From the NCBI GenBank assembly GCA_030295235.1, contig AP026123.1, forward strand, positions 2,480,001 through 2,544,000: a stretch of 64,000 nucleotides of DNA. Direction: 5' to 3'. The notes under the pieces were generated by a model, which saw only the letters and a program-made list of their open reading frames with translations, was not told the DNA's origin and did no database searches. Shown here piece after piece: positions 37,060 through 50,114 of the stretch. Each line of letters begins with the position of its first letter. Within the stretch, counting starts at the first letter, position 1. Source of the stretch: Fistulifera solaris. Lineage: Eukaryota. The position numbers and the translations under genes are program-made.

Positions 37060-37290
37060 GAATAATCTCTGTGTGACTCAAAGCACCGATGTTTCCAGAT
37101 TTTCTGAAACTTGCACAAAATCTCTGACTGATGCAAAACATCGATGATTCTTCCAGAATTTCTGGAACGTGAATGAATTTCTGTGTGACGGAAAAGCTCC
37201 GATTCCAGATTTTTGGAGCTTTGCACAAAATTTCTGTTTGACGCAAAACACCTATTCCAGATTTTCTGGAACGATCCAAAAATTCTGTAA
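37060..37290. repeat. Short array (~4 units, ~52-57 bp) of the TTCCAGAWTTTCTGGAA satellite family
   Basis: Four palindromic cores separated by GCACAAAA..CTG.GTGAC..AAAAC spacers, as in 50930-52480. Confidence 0.85.
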
Positions 37291-37486
37291 TGTGCACATG
37301 CACATGGCTTTAAGGTCCTATACCTCGCATTGTTTGTCTTTGGATCATCTTTGGTTGCGTTTTGTTTGACGAAATCTTAAAAAACCACAAGAGAAAACTG
37401 TTTGGAGTAGAAGGAGACGAACGATCATTAAGGACGACTTTCGCTCTTCCGCGACGACGACGACGACTCTTTTTTTTTTCACTACA

Positions 37487-37990
37487 ATGCCTGCCGATGA
37501 GGAGGACTGGTTGCCTCGCAAGAAACCATCAACCAGCATCTTTTTTTTGTCCTTGTTGGGGAACGGCTAATAAATCGAGACATGTTCGATTTGCGGAACC
37601 AATAACAATGCCAGATGATTCTGGTAAGACGAATCTTCGTGTTGTTGTATTCTTGGATGTTGTTCTTTTCGTATCTAATCGTCTATTCTATTATATTGTG
37701 TTCTACAAACAGACACGATGATGATCCCATCGGTCGTCGACGACGACGGACCATTTCAAGAATCCTTTCAAACAAATGCCGAACTATTGGCGTCGTCCGA
37801 ACATGAATCGGCGTTCGATCGGATTCTGGGACCCTCTCAAAAACAAATCATGGAAGAAATCATTCGATTGTTTTTGTTTGTGATCTTATTGCGATGGAGA
37901 GAGGAACCCGCGCGGCTATCGAACGAGACGACCAAGACTACCAACAATAATGATCCTGTTAGGTACAAGCCAACAACTTCTACTCTGTGA
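37487..37990 (+). CDS. Possible small hypothetical protein
   Basis: ATG at 37487, GTAAG..ACAG intron ~37624-37711, downstream ORF to 37990; needs an indel. Confidence 0.3.
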
Positions 37991-38125
37991 CAGTATTTTT
38001 TGTATTAATCCATTTTTGTATCTTATATTGCTTTTGTTAGCGTCTTTGAAGAATATGGTTGTTTGCATTTGTGTATTTCATCCTGTTTTTAGCTCCGATC
38101 GACGACGATCTGCACTTCAACGTGA

Positions 38126-39756
38126 CTACATGCGCCCCGCAAAATGAGCCATGTCGTGCGTCGTTGTCGTAGGAACATCTTCCACTGCCGGCCAACGGGT
38201 CGTGACTTTGATGCGATTCGAAAAAATTCCATACCGCCATCACCAGTAATATCCATATCTCCGTATTTACTCAAAGTCCCGTACAAGCCACCGAAACTAA
38301 AGGGTTCCCGAGGAACGGGAATGCCAATGTTGCATCTGTCGAATGGATGGGATGAGTGAGACAACAACAAAAGCACACATAACCGACCATTCAACACAAC
38401 GTACCCCAACATGGACGCCCGAAAGCGTTCCAAAAACCATTCGGCATGACCTCCATTCGTCGTGTAGACACAGGCCGCATTCCCAAAGGGATTGGCATTT
38501 TCAATCCGCATCGCTTCCTCCCACGACGCACACTTATAGACGGACAAACACGGACCAAAGACTTCTTCCTTCATCATGGCATCCTCCGACGATTGATGCA
38601 ACACGATGGTAGGTCCGATCCAATGTCCACCACCTTCTTGATTCCACGTCCGACCATCCAACAAGAGCGTCGCTCCACATTGCTCGGTCGCTTCTTGAAT
38701 GTACTTACAAATCTTTTGATACGAGCGTTCATCAATGACGGGTCCCATTTGTCCCGGACCGGTTCCGGGTTGTATGGCCGCCGCTTTCTTTACAATCGAA
38801 TCCAACAATGCTTGACTCTTGTCACCAATCAATAACAAGACAGAGGCCGCCATACATCGTTGTCCGGCACATCCGGCAAACGACACCACAATATCGGATG
38901 CCGTCGATTCGATATGACACGTATCCGTCAAGGCCACCAAATGATTCTTCGCGCCCCCCAAGGCGGTACAACGTTTGTGGAGGGCGCGACATTCCGTCGC
39001 CACCGATGCAGCAATGGGACTCGAACCGACAAAGCGTGACCGCTTGGACGGCAGGATGTTGAATGAGCGATTGAATGACTGCTGGTTGATTCGTTTGCAA
39101 CAAGGTGACGACCCCGGGAGGAACCCCGCTTGTTGTAACAATTGCGCGACTCGATGCATGGTCATGGGCACTTTTTCCGATGGTTTCAAAATGAAGGTAT
39201 TCCCCATCACCAAGGCAATTGGTAAGGTCCAACACGGCACCATGAAGGGAAAATTGAACGGTACAATACTGACAACGACCCCGAGGGGGGTCCGACGATC
39301 GTGACACACGACGTTGCCACTGCTCACGGGCAACACCCGTCCGGCCGCCAATTGCGGTAAACTGCAGGCATATTCGACCGTTTCATTGCCTTTGGCGACA
39401 TCCGCCAAGGCTTCCGTGATATTTTTACCATTTTCTTGGACAATGAGTGCGGCCAGTTCTTGGGCGTGTTGACGCACGAGAGAATGAAATTGCATCATTA
39501 TGGCGGCCCGGGCTTTGATCGTGAGCGCTTTCCATGCCGGAAACGCCGCTTGAGCCGCTGCGACGGCGGTTTCGACGTCCTGCTGATTGGAAACCGCGAC
39601 TTGCGCAATGGTCGCGCCCGTAGCAGGATTGACGACGGGAATGTATTCGTTCGAATGCGGCTGGACAAAGACGCCGTTGATGTAATTGTCAATGATCGGA
39701 ATTTCTGCGTCCTGTTCTTCTTCCGTTAGTTTCATCTTTTTGGGATTCGGAGTCAT
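38126..39756 (-). CDS. ALDH6A1: Methylmalonate-semialdehyde dehydrogenase (ALDH6)
   Basis: PFNFPFM, LKPSEKVP, FVGSS, GGAKNH, FAGCAGQRCMA, EEVFGP, NIGIPVP; intron 38404-38336; homopolymer indels. Confidence 0.92.
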
Positions 39757-40333
39757 AGTGTTGTCTTTTGTAAGTGTGATGTATGGAAAAGTTGCAACTG
39801 AATGGAGGATCGGATACTGATGATTCTTGTGAGAAGCTTTGTGTGTCATCGTCGTCGTCATGGTGTCGAAGTTTCGCAAAACGTCGAGAAAAACGAATCT
39901 CACCTCGATGACGTCATTATCGTCTGGCCGTATCTTCCAAGAATATGATCGAGTTCGGCGGAACACGCGACACTACTTGACAATTGACAACTGTATACCA
40001 AAGAGCATCCTGGTCCCATCGTCTAAGTAAGTGGATGAACAAGACATTTTGCGGTATTTTTATGCTAAAGGAAAACCATCTTTCGTCTGCAAGTCCCATC
40101 CAAGGAAGAACACGAGGCCATTCACACGACGACGACACTCTTTGCGACGATGGTGTCTTATTTTTTTTCGTTTACAGCGCACGGCTGGGAATACGGGGAT
40201 AACGATTGATTATTGCTCTTGCGTATATAATATTCAATCCGTCTTGTAAATACATCGTTACTTCTTGACGCTACACGCGTGCGGGGAAACAACACAAATT
40301 GGCATACATTTATACGACAATAACACGACAAGA

Positions 40334-41115
40334 ATGAACTCACAACAACATCGCCGTCGATTCGAGGAGGTCAAACACGCCTTTCAACACACGGTGCGTT
40401 CGGCATTACAAGAGTTGCAAGAGCAACACGGCTTTTCGCATGAACATGCCGTACAAGCGGTCTTGCACGAATTGGTACAAGGCATTCGTATTGAAGATGA
40501 AATGGTACGTAGAGAAGGAATGTAGTGTTTTTCTTTTTTTAAAATCTAAATCATCTCATTCACTCTTCTAATTAACGCCACAGGTCTTTCCCATTATGAA
40601 ACAGCACGATCTGTGCTGGGAAGAAGCTCTTGCGGGCACTGGCCGTGTCCCGCGCGGTCGAGCAAGTAACGCAAGAAACGCATTGCACTACAACCGCCGT
40701 AGAACAATTGACGCAACGATTGCAAGCGGCCGAATTGTGGAAACATCGGGGTGTTCTGCCCATTACATCGCATGTATCGCGCAAGCCGAGTCAGTTACTG
40801 TCTTTGCATTCTACGAGTCAAGAGACTCGCGCCAGTGAAATACTCACGTCTTCTAATCACGAGAATGCTATTCCCAAACGAGACAAGCCATCTTCCGCAG
40901 TCGAAGCGACGACTTTGCCCATTCCGGCCGAAATTACTGCCGATTTTGCCACTACTACTCATAATAACAATTTAGAAGAGGCCAAGACGAAAAGTAGCAC
41001 AGCCAAGACAGTTGTTGCACGCAAAGTCACCAACAAGCCCGAGTCGAATCGGAAGCGTGCCGCAAAACGGAGTCGGGAACACGAAGAAGAATGCAGTGCG
41101 AAACGATCTTGCTAA
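40334..41115 (+). CDS. Hypothetical protein
   Basis: Intron 40505-40583; downstream ORF 40630-41115; basic C-terminus. Confidence 0.5.
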
Positions 41116-41231
41116 AGTATGTAGTAGTAGTAGGTTTGAATCATTATACGAAATTAGCGACTTGTTGATTCGAAGTAACCAAGATAATTGTTTAGATAAT
41201 TAACTATTCGATATACCCAGTTCCCGCTCTG

Positions 41232-43147
41232 CTACGAGCCGTATTTGATTAGACCGAAAATAGCTTTCAACTTGCCCAACCAACTTTCGTCGTACATGAG
41301 TCCTACCAGCGCATTCGCAAACCCAATCCCCTTCTCCTTGTCAATTGGATAACTCAACGGCGGTGGAATGGAAGTACGAACTAAAGACGGGAAACGATCC
41401 ACCAATATGGAACGCTCCAAACACAAGGCTTGCAAGCCTTCCGGGCCCGCAAAGCGTCCAAAGCCCGAATCCTTGACTCCACCAAAGGGCAAGGCTTGGA
41501 CCAAATAGTTCGATCCAAAGTCGTTGACACAAAACATACCGGTCCGGAATTGCCGGCCCATGGCGAGTCCCCGCGATTGGTTGCCACAAAAGACACTGGA
41601 TCCCAAGCCAAAGTCACACTGATTCACCAAATCAATGCACGTGGCATCGTCGTCCTTCGGGACTTTGACGACGGTCATGATGGGACCAAAGGCTTCTTCT
41701 CGAAACAAACGCATGTCGGGTGTCACGTCGGCCACAATGGTGGGTTCGTAGAATTGCAATCCCGCCGTCGTATTGCGTTTCCCACCACAAATCACGCGGG
41801 CTCCTTTTTGAACCGCATCATCCACTAACGCTTGCACAATGTCCAATTGCTCTGCGGTCACCATGGATCCACAATCGACGGCACCACTGTTTGAAGGACA
41901 CGTCGCCAACGGGACCCCTTGACGCAATTGCTGTACCATGGGCGCAATGCCGTGCAAGAATTGTTCATAAATGGATTCGTAGACCAAGACGCGTTCAATG
42001 CCGACACAATTTTGACCACAATTTTGGTAACAGCCCCGCATCACCCAGGGATACACATCCTTGAGTTGGGCGTCCTCTAAAATGACCATGGCATCTTTGC
42101 CACCCAGTTCCAAAATGACGGGTTTCAAACAGTGTGACGCCGTTTCCATGACTTTGCGTCCAATCCCCGGGGAACCCGTAAAGATGACTTTATCGACCAA
42201 GGGGTGCGAACACAAGGCCGCTCCGGCGTCCGCAAAGCCCGTAATGGTTTGACACACATCGGGATTGTGACCATTCACTTCCAGAGCACGCTGCACGATC
42301 CGGGTAAAGTATTGCGAACTCCACGAGGTATGTTCCGACACTTTGCCCACGACGGCATTGCCCGCAAAGAGACCCGAAAGAATGTGATTGACGAAATTGT
42401 GGAAACTGACGAGAACGTGAGTGGATAGTACCAGACATCATCACATCACATATCACAAATGACTTACGGATAATTCCATGGCGCAATGGGGGCAATGACC
42501 CCCAACGGTACATATTCGACCATGGCGATTTTGTGCATCATGAGCGGCCCCGTGGGACGATACGAAGGTTGCAACCACAATTCGCCCCACGCATTGAGTG
42601 TGCGAATTTTTTCCGTCGTCGTCAAAATCTCACCCAAACAGGCATCGACGACGGGTTTTCCGGAATCTCGAGACGAGACGCGACAAATGTCGTGGACATG
42701 ATTTACGACGTAACGCTGCAACGTCCGCAACACACGACGGCGTTGCGCAAAGGTCGTTTTCGACCATTCCTTTTGTGCCGCGGCGGCTTTGACACAAGCT
42801 TCGTGAACATCTTGAGCGGTCATGGCTTTGACTTGTCCCAAATACTGACCCGTCGATGGATCAAAGCATTGAATGGTTCCAGGATGTTCTGGATCGTGCA
42901 ACGATCGCTTCTTCTCGGCAGAAGAAGAAACACCATCATCACGAGCTTCGGCGTCCGTCAGTTCGACAGCAATCAAAGGAACGGGTCGTAGAAATTCGAG
43001 CATGATTTTCAAGTGATATACAACATTCCATTGTTGCAATTGACGAACTACCAGCAAGACAACGAGACTGGTAAGGAACCAAGTGATTGCTGTCGTCTCC
43101 GTCGTAAAGGATGCCATAACAGCGGGACATTCTTTCATATCGCTCAT
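41232..43147 (-). CDS. Membrane-anchored aldehyde dehydrogenase (ALDH22/Msc7-like)
   Basis: N-terminal TM, PWNYP|FHN (intron 42467-42406), FTGS, LELGGKD, GQNCVG, EEAFGP, PFGGVKDSGFGRF. Confidence 0.9.
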
Positions 43148-43409
43148 ATTCTTTATAGTATGACCAACTGATACGGAGTAGTATTAACGAATCTATTTTT
43201 TCGACAAAACAAATAAAGGAATGTAACACAATACTTGCATCGGATGTTTGGTTATTGCGTCTCTCATCGTTGTTTTTCTCCTCCGTCATTTTTTCGTCCG
43301 CGCACATGTTCCTGTCGCACCGTCTTCGAAAGAAGCTATGGCTATAACGGTAGCTGATTCAGTCAATTTAACAACATTCTTCCTAAAAAAATTAACATTC
43401 ACATTCTTT

Positions 43410-44742
43410 TTAACTATATTCACGGAGACATACTGGATCGTGTTTTTCGTTTCCCACTGCGCAAGGCCCTTTTGGACGATAGAATGGGAACCGACGGAGT
43501 TTTCTTTTGACGGGTGTCGTCTTGGCTTTGACGGGAGTTGTCTTTTTCGTAGGAATTTTCTTCGACAATGGCTTCTTCGTAGGACTACTTGTCTTCGTCT
43601 TGATTTCTTCCTTCCTGTGAAACAAGTTGGATACATTTCCCCATAATCCTCCTCCTTCCTTCGAAGCTTCCTTCACGTCCGTACTGTTCTCATTGGATAC
43701 GACGACCTGTGGAATCACTAAATGATGAGTCAATGGTGGTGAGTCGATGATGGATTCATCGACTCTGATTCGCTCTTTCAAGACTCACCATCGGCCGCTT
43801 TCTTTTGATCGTACGCTTCCTTTTGTACCTTATAAGTAGCTTGTTCCTGTTGTGCCATTTGCTCATACGGTTGTTTTTCGTGCGGGGTCATGGCCGCCCA
43901 TCGTTCTCCCAAGAGGCGCAGAATCTCTTGCGGCGTCGCGGCCGGATTCTGTGTTTTCAACCACGAGCGGACTTGGGCATCCGAGTTGAAGCACAGATAG
44001 GCTGTTTTGGGGCGTTTCGGTGCATTTGGGTCTTTCGGGCGGCGGGGACTTTTTCCAATTTCTTGTCGTTTGTCTAGCAAGGAAGAACAGTATGATAATG
44101 AGAAATGTCTGAGGCTAACTTGACACATATCAGTCGAATACACAGATAACGAACGAACGAACCTCTTTCTGTTCCGGTTCATCATCGACTTGCATGGCTT
44201 CTTCTTTCTTATTGGCTTGATACGCGGCCGACTCGATTTTGTACTGCTCCTTCAACGCTTTTTTCTTTTTCGAGATAGGGTTGTTTTTGGGCTTCGGTAT
44301 ACACATGTTTCCACAAATGCGATGCCAAACCGTTGATTTCGTTCGATGTCATGTGCGGATTGGCCTGACGGAGTTCGGCGCGTTTGTCGTTTTGAAACAA
44401 AAGGTAGGCCGAAGTGGGTCGTTTCGGGGCGTCGGGATCCTTTTTGGCGCGTTTGCGGCCTGTGGTCGTGAGAGCGTCCCCTGAAGAACGTTTCGGTGTC
44501 GGTGTCTTGGTGGTGGGAGCCGCTGGGGCGCGGGGAGGTGTCATTGCCGTACTGGTAGTTGCTTTCGCTGGCTTTTTAGTCGGCGATGCCGTCGTTTTGG
44601 TAGCGGTAGTCGTCCTTGCCGGGGAGACTGGCGTCTTTCCGTTGAGACCTTTAGGAGGTTGAGCAAACATATTGGCTTTATCAGTCTTTTTCGCTGGGGA
44701 TTTTGTGGCCTTTGCGGGCGTGGCGGCTGTGATGTGTGTCAA
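43410..44742 (-). CDS. HMG-box protein (two HMG boxes), multi-exon; ends approximate
   Basis: KDPDAPKRPTSAYLLF and KDPNAPKRPKTAYLCF..GERW..EKQPYE. Confidence 0.85.
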
Positions 44743-44813
44743 TTTGATGATGATGATGATGATGTGTGAGTTTGAGGATGCCAGCAGTTCTTTGACAACT
44801 CAAGCAGTATGAA

Positions 44814-45041
44814 TCACTTACGCTTTTCAACTTCATCACCATTCACTTCTGCGGCGACAGATGAGCTCGTGAAATCCAGCCATCGTCCCAATTTGATGGT
44901 TTTGAGCAAAATCAGAACCGCGAGAAGACCAAAAATGATGGAAAAATAAAACCCCAAAATCGACCACAACGCCGACTCGGATTTCGCGCTCGTCATGTCC
45001 AGTTCGGTAAAGACTTGTTCCGTTCGTATGTCTTGTACCAT
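44814..45041 (-). CDS. Small single-TM protein
   Basis: 75-aa ORF with one hydrophobic helix. Confidence 0.5.
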   Translation of the reverse strand: MVQDIRTEQVFTELDMTSAKSESALWSILGFYFSIIFGLLAVLILLKTIKLGRWLDFTSSSVAAEVNGDEVEKRK

Positions 45042-45657
45042 GATTTGTGATGAATTGTTGAAGTAATAAAAAAGCTGATAACGTGGTTTGTCACTATTCA
45101 CAACAATGGTTGATTCAACCGCAACGGAGTGACAATGAAAATGACTGCTCCGCGCCGAAGTGCTCGCATTTGCAGCCGTTGAATTCAATGAAATCGATCT
45201 TACTATTCCATAAAATGTACTTGTAGAATTCCTACTTGGAAGGGTGTACCTCATTCATCCGTTCAAAATTTCAAAATGAATTTGAGTTAACGAAAAACCT
45301 TGTTCTGGTACTACGTTTTATACAGTATAAAGTGTGTCGGAACGGCGTGCCAAGTTTTGGATAACACTGTGACAAGAGTAAGTATTTTTCTTTTCCCGCC
45401 TTCATTTGTGTTTCATACATGGCAAAGGAGAACCGTTTTTGTGAAATACTTAGCTTGCGGTATTCGATCTTGTTTTTTAGAAGACAAGGTTCATTTTGTT
45501 GTCGGGCGTGTTGCGCGACGTGTTGATCACGACAAACTGTTTTGATCGTCGTCTGGAACAAACTTTGAAGCTTACCAAAAGCAAGGAAGATATTGTTGGA
45601 TCAGGTAACGAACAAGGATTCAATCAATTCCACAGGAGAAGCTGTTGCGGCAAAAGT

Positions 45658-48600
45658 ATGGCAGACGATTTTGAATTTGACGATTTTGACGACGATGACG
45701 AGGGAGGGCGCAATGTTCGTGCAAAGAAAGAAACAAAGAGCGAGCTTGCGTCGCACATTAAGCCTACTGCGAGTCAGAAGAGACGATTCAACATGAATCG
45801 TGACAGGGTTTCGGAAGGAAGTAGTGAAACATCATCATCGCCGTCAGTCACTTCTTCATCAGTCGGACCCCAACAGTCATCTGTTGACGATGCGGAAAAC
45901 CAGAAATGCAGCCAAACCAGCCAAGAGTCTGGTCTATCTCAACCTTCCAATCCGTCCTTGACAACATACGAAGATAGCTTGGAGACGCGGGCGCCAACTT
46001 ACGGTGACGACTCGCAATCGCAATTCACTGCGTCGCCCGGCAAACGAGTTCATTTTCACGCAAAAGCAAAAGATGACGTTTCACACGCTTCTTTGGAGAA
46101 TGCTCCTACCGATAGTGGGGCGTCCGATCGTTCCGTCTGTACCAAGGATCCCAACGAGTTGTCGATTTCCACCAACGGCGACAACACACAATCGCAGTCG
46201 ACGGAAGTGTCCTCGACACTGCCATCACAAGCGACGGAACTATCGTCGACACAACAATCTTCGTGTCGAAGCAGTGAGCCGCGAGACACGAAACGATCAC
46301 TTGTCAAGACTGGGGGAAAACGACCGAAAGGTTTTAGAGACAAAGCGTGGATGAAAGAGCTCGAGGACCATCCTGACAAGCCACGAAAGAGGCGCATGGT
46401 GCCGCGTCCACTCGTGGAAAAAGACAACCTGATCGGGTCGATCGGACGCAGTTCTCAATCGTTGCGGGAGGCCGGCAGCTCGCAGCTGTTGCACGATGAA
46501 TTTGTACACATGTGCAGCACTTTAGAGGGTAGTCTGTCGCCCAACGGTCCGGATCGAGAACAGTTGGCTTCGCAATTGCTACACTTATTGTCGACACCCG
46601 AAAATCGCCGCGCCCTTTTCTTGGAGGGTCAGATTGTACAAAAGGGCGAAGACTCACCACTGGAAGCGCTATTAAATTTGATCGGCGCGCTCGATGAACT
46701 CAATGCTTTGGAGTTGATAAATTCGGAAAACAATTTGAAGCCTAGTGATAGCAAATCTCAACAGTTTTTTGACACAATGGGCATGATTGTGTATTTGTTG
46801 GCCTTTGACTGCACGGTCTCGGATGAGGGAATTTCGGAAGCTTCGGCGCGCAACGCTCGAGATATCCGTCACGAGATCATGGCTCATCCGAATGCTTTGC
46901 GAGGAATACTGCGTCTTATAAGAATTGATCCCATCGTGTCCAGCTTAAGAGCGAATAATGCAGAAACTTGCGGTGGTATACAAAACATGCTCTTTGAATC
47001 GTCTCCAGGGAACTCATCATCGGGTAGCGTCGCGGCTTCAACAGTTTCATCTTCACATTCCGTTGCCGACCCCACAAAGATGGGCCGTTTCCGAAAAAGA
47101 AGGCGACAGCTGTTCAACGACGAATTGTGTCCCCTCCCGGAACAATCTGTTACGGAGGCACCGGGAACGTCGTCAAGAAAGTTTGTACCCGATTCGTCGA
47201 AGAAAGGCAATGACGATTCGGAATTTGATTTTGATGATCTGCCACCCAGGAAACAAACCACGCCGGTCAAACAAAAGCTTGATAAAATTAGTTCGCGTGT
47301 CATTGACTCGCTCCCTTCTCCAAGTTCGACAGCCGACGCGACACCAATGCATACCTGTTCGTTACCTACATTATCCGAGCATCGAATCGTAGGAGATGTT
47401 TCACATTCGATTCCGCTGATCGCACTTGTTAGAATCGTTAGCGGAAAAACGGAATGGTGCGAGAAATCCTGCTTGGATATGGAAGTTTCTAACGGAAACG
47501 CCAGAGAGTTTGGTGCCAATTCATGTCTTCGCGAACCGAACCCCAATGAAGAGGGAAAAGAAGATGACGACAATCCACTTCTTCAAACCAACAATATGCT
47601 GGGAAAGAGCGGGTGCCTTCCTCTTTTGTCACGAGCGCTTTGTGAAACTCTCGCAGCGATTCTGTGGGTTCTCGACAAGCGCTCTCCATGTCGACCATGC
47701 ATCTCCTATCTATACGACAAATTTTCCTCACTCACGGTTTTGGTGGATGATGCCTGTCTAATGAACGACGGGAATCGTGAGCAGCTCTGTCGAGAAGGTT
47801 ATGCCTCGGAATTCGACTGCAGCCTTGTGGTTAGTCTAACATCATTTCTTCGGGTGCTCTACGGCAAGCATCTAATCTTTGACGGAAGGGCTAATTTCAA
47901 GAACAGGATATGGGACGAAATGGTATTAGAATCGCTTCGGTCGTTGACGAGCTTGACACACGACAATGGTTATGCAGCAAAGGAAGTATTGAAGAGGAAA
48001 CTAAAGAGTCGCTTTGATAAAGAGAATATTGAGGTGACATCTGTGGAAGTCATTTCGAAAGTATTACATGCTGCCGCCTCTCGGGGCGCAAACCCCGATG
48101 CTAATTCTTCTCAGAACAAAAAGATTCGGTACGACTCCGTTATCTTTTGTTTGAATATTCTGACGAACTGCATTGAAAGTAGCGTGGGTGTATTACTATC
48201 CACCTCGCTTTTATCGGTCACTGTTCCGGTCCAGGCGAATGGGGCTACGATTAGATCCAGCAACACAACAAACTTTATCAGCTGGTTGACTCAATGGCTT
48301 GTTGGGCAAACGGAGAGCTTTCGCGACGCAATATGCGCATTTGGATCCGAGTCGACACATTCCCAGAGAAGGTTAGAGGCCAGCGAGAACGACCAACTGG
48401 TCACCGCCGGCAACGGGTTTGTTTTACTTGCATCTATTTTAGCCCTCTCGGCGGATGTTTCAGCGAGTTCCGTCGATACCTTCGAACAAAGCATTCACGA
48501 TTTGATTTTGACCAATCTCCCCGGAATTGACTACCAAACCAAAGTTGGATTTGTGAAGAATCTTCTGACTGTATTTTGTAATTTCTACCAAGTTTCTATC

Positions 48601-48678
48601 GGGGATCTGAGTGTAGCCGTCACTGGCCCCGTCAAGGCATTGATTCGAAAACTGGATTATCTATCACTTCCGGCATAA
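45658..48678 (+). CDS. WAPL-like cohesin release factor
   Basis: Disordered N-terminus, then LREAG..LHDEF, LTSLTHDN and LNILTNCIE motifs resembling the WAPL helical domain. Confidence 0.6.
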   Translation: MADDFEFDDFDDDDEGGRNVRAKKETKSELASHIKPTASQKRRFNMNRDRVSEGSSETSSSPSVTSSSVGPQQSSVDDAENQKCSQTSQESGLSQPSNPSLTTYEDSLETRAPTYGDDSQSQFTASPGKRVHFHAKAKDDVSHASLENAPTDSGASDRSVCTKDPNELSISTNGDNTQSQSTEVSSTLPSQATELSSTQQSSCRSSEPRDTKRSLVKTGGKRPKGFRDKAWMKELEDHPDKPRKRRMVPRPLVEKDNLIGSIGRSSQSLREAGSSQLLHDEFVHMCSTLEGSLSPNGPDREQLASQLLHLLSTPENRRALFLEGQIVQKGEDSPLEALLNLIGALDELNALELINSENNLKPSDSKSQQFFDTMGMIVYLLAFDCTVSDEGISEASARNARDIRHEIMAHPNALRGILRLIRIDPIVSSLRANNAETCGGIQNMLFESSPGNSSSGSVAASTVSSSHSVADPTKMGRFRKRRRQLFNDELCPLPEQSVTEAPGTSSRKFVPDSSKKGNDDSEFDFDDLPPRKQTTPVKQKLDKISSRVIDSLPSPSSTADATPMHTCSLPTLSEHRIVGDVSHSIPLIALVRIVSGKTEWCEKSCLDMEVSNGNAREFGANSCLREPNPNEEGKEDDDNPLLQTNNMLGKSGCLPLLSRALCETLAAILWVLDKRSPCRPCISYLYDKFSSLTVLVDDACLMNDGNREQLCREGYASEFDCSLVVSLTSFLRVLYGKHLIFDGRANFKNRIWDEMVLESLRSLTSLTHDNGYAAKEVLKRKLKSRFDKENIEVTSVEVISKVLHAAASRGANPDANSSQNKKIRYDSVIFCLNILTNCIESSVGVLLSTSLLSVTVPVQANGATIRSSNTTNFISWLTQWLVGQTESFRDAICAFGSESTHSQRRLEASENDQLVTAGNGFVLLASILALSADVSASSVDTFEQSIHDLILTNLPGIDYQTKVGFVKNLLTVFCNFYQVSIGDLSVAVTGPVKALIRKLDYLSLPA

Positions 48679-49257
48679 ACGTTCGTTGATCCGGCATTGT
48701 GGTCTAGCTAGCGTGTTGCGCTGTTTACATTTCACCATGCTATTCATCATGCTAGAGTCTAGAATTTCGGCTTGGATGCACGCACCCTAGCTATAACACC
48801 AAATTTAGTGTTTCGTCGGTGTTTTCAATAAGTGATAAGGCAGAACTGAATAATCATGCATGTCTTAGCACTACCAACACCCTAAATAATGATGGATAGA
48901 CATTCGTCCAACTTCGACCAAGTTCTCGACTTAATCTGGATTAGGTTCCCAATCGCTCACTCACGAGTGTATCCTTTCCGCTCTTCTGATTGGTCCGCGG
49001 AGACATCCACCGTCGACATGCGTTCGAGGGTTTGAGCGTATCTTGGGGGAGATAAACTTTTGAAAGTTGTACCGGACTTGCGTAGAAATCTACGACACGG
49101 GAATAGCGCTGCGGCCGATCAATCATGAAAAAACACCCGATCCGTTCGACACACAAAATCGTTTCGCACTCATTTTTGCTCGTCTTTTCTCTTTTCCATC
49201 CTTCTCATCTTGATTATGTCACACGGTTTTGTCGTTCCCGCGTTTGTCTTTCAGCAG

Positions 49258-49911
49258 ATGGCCGTCTTGGAAGAATGGAATGCCGTTGCGGACGAGTGGG
49301 ATGAACGCGACGGCGGTCGGGCCCAGTGGGTCTATCATTTGGTGAAAAAACACGTGCCCATCACACCCGACATGACCGTCCTCGACTTTGGTTGTGGCAC
49401 CGGCTTGATTGCCGATGCATTGCGTCAAGACGTAAAAAAGGTCGTCGGTGTGGATGCGGCCGTGTGCATGGTGGAAGTCTGTGAAGAGAAAGTGGAATTG
49501 CAGAAATGGAAGAATGTGCAAGTCTATCGTGCCTTGTTGGGTGATCCGAGCGATGAAGACACGCAAGAGATTCTACGCAAATACAAAGACAAGTTTGATG
49601 TGATTATTGCAAATTCCGTGCTGCTTTCGGTCATCCCCGAGACGATCGGAACGACCATGTCGGCGCTAGGTTGGCTTCTCAAGCCGAATGGCTATTTCTG
49701 TCATACCGAGAAGCCCGGTGACGAAAAGGGCTTTACAACGGAAAAAGCTCAGATTTTCTACGAAAAAGCCGGGCTAGAGATGGTTTCGACGAGCGTCGTC
49801 ACGTGCGATATCCAACCGGCGAGCGATGTCTTTTTCGGCATTGCACAGAAACGTTTCGGTCGCAAGCATTGCTGTGAATTTGAAGTGCCCTGCATCGACT
49901 ATTCCGAGTGA
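49258..49911 (+). CDS. Class I SAM-dependent methyltransferase
   Basis: VLDFGCGTG motif I, VVGVD, KFDVI, LLKPNG. Confidence 0.88.
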   Translation: MAVLEEWNAVADEWDERDGGRAQWVYHLVKKHVPITPDMTVLDFGCGTGLIADALRQDVKKVVGVDAAVCMVEVCEEKVELQKWKNVQVYRALLGDPSDEDTQEILRKYKDKFDVIIANSVLLSVIPETIGTTMSALGWLLKPNGYFCHTEKPGDEKGFTTEKAQIFYEKAGLEMVSTSVVTCDIQPASDVFFGIAQKRFGRKHCCEFEVPCIDYSE

Positions 49912-50114
49912 TTATTCATTTGTCAAGGTTTGATAGAAAACTATAAGGTATTTATCATTACATAGAGCTTCATTATTTCAATTCCATTCATCCATTCAAT
50001 CTCTCCGCAGCTGCGGCTGCGGGGATGGTGTCACCGCATTCACAGAAAATCTGTGGGCTTGCAGTCTTCACCTACCCAGAAAATCTTTGAGAGTGTTGCG
50101 TATTTACGTATTGT

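Noticed and set aside
38126..43147. Two aldehyde dehydrogenases as a metabolic cluster
   Set aside because: Different ALDH families, separated by an unrelated gene, with no pathway link visible.
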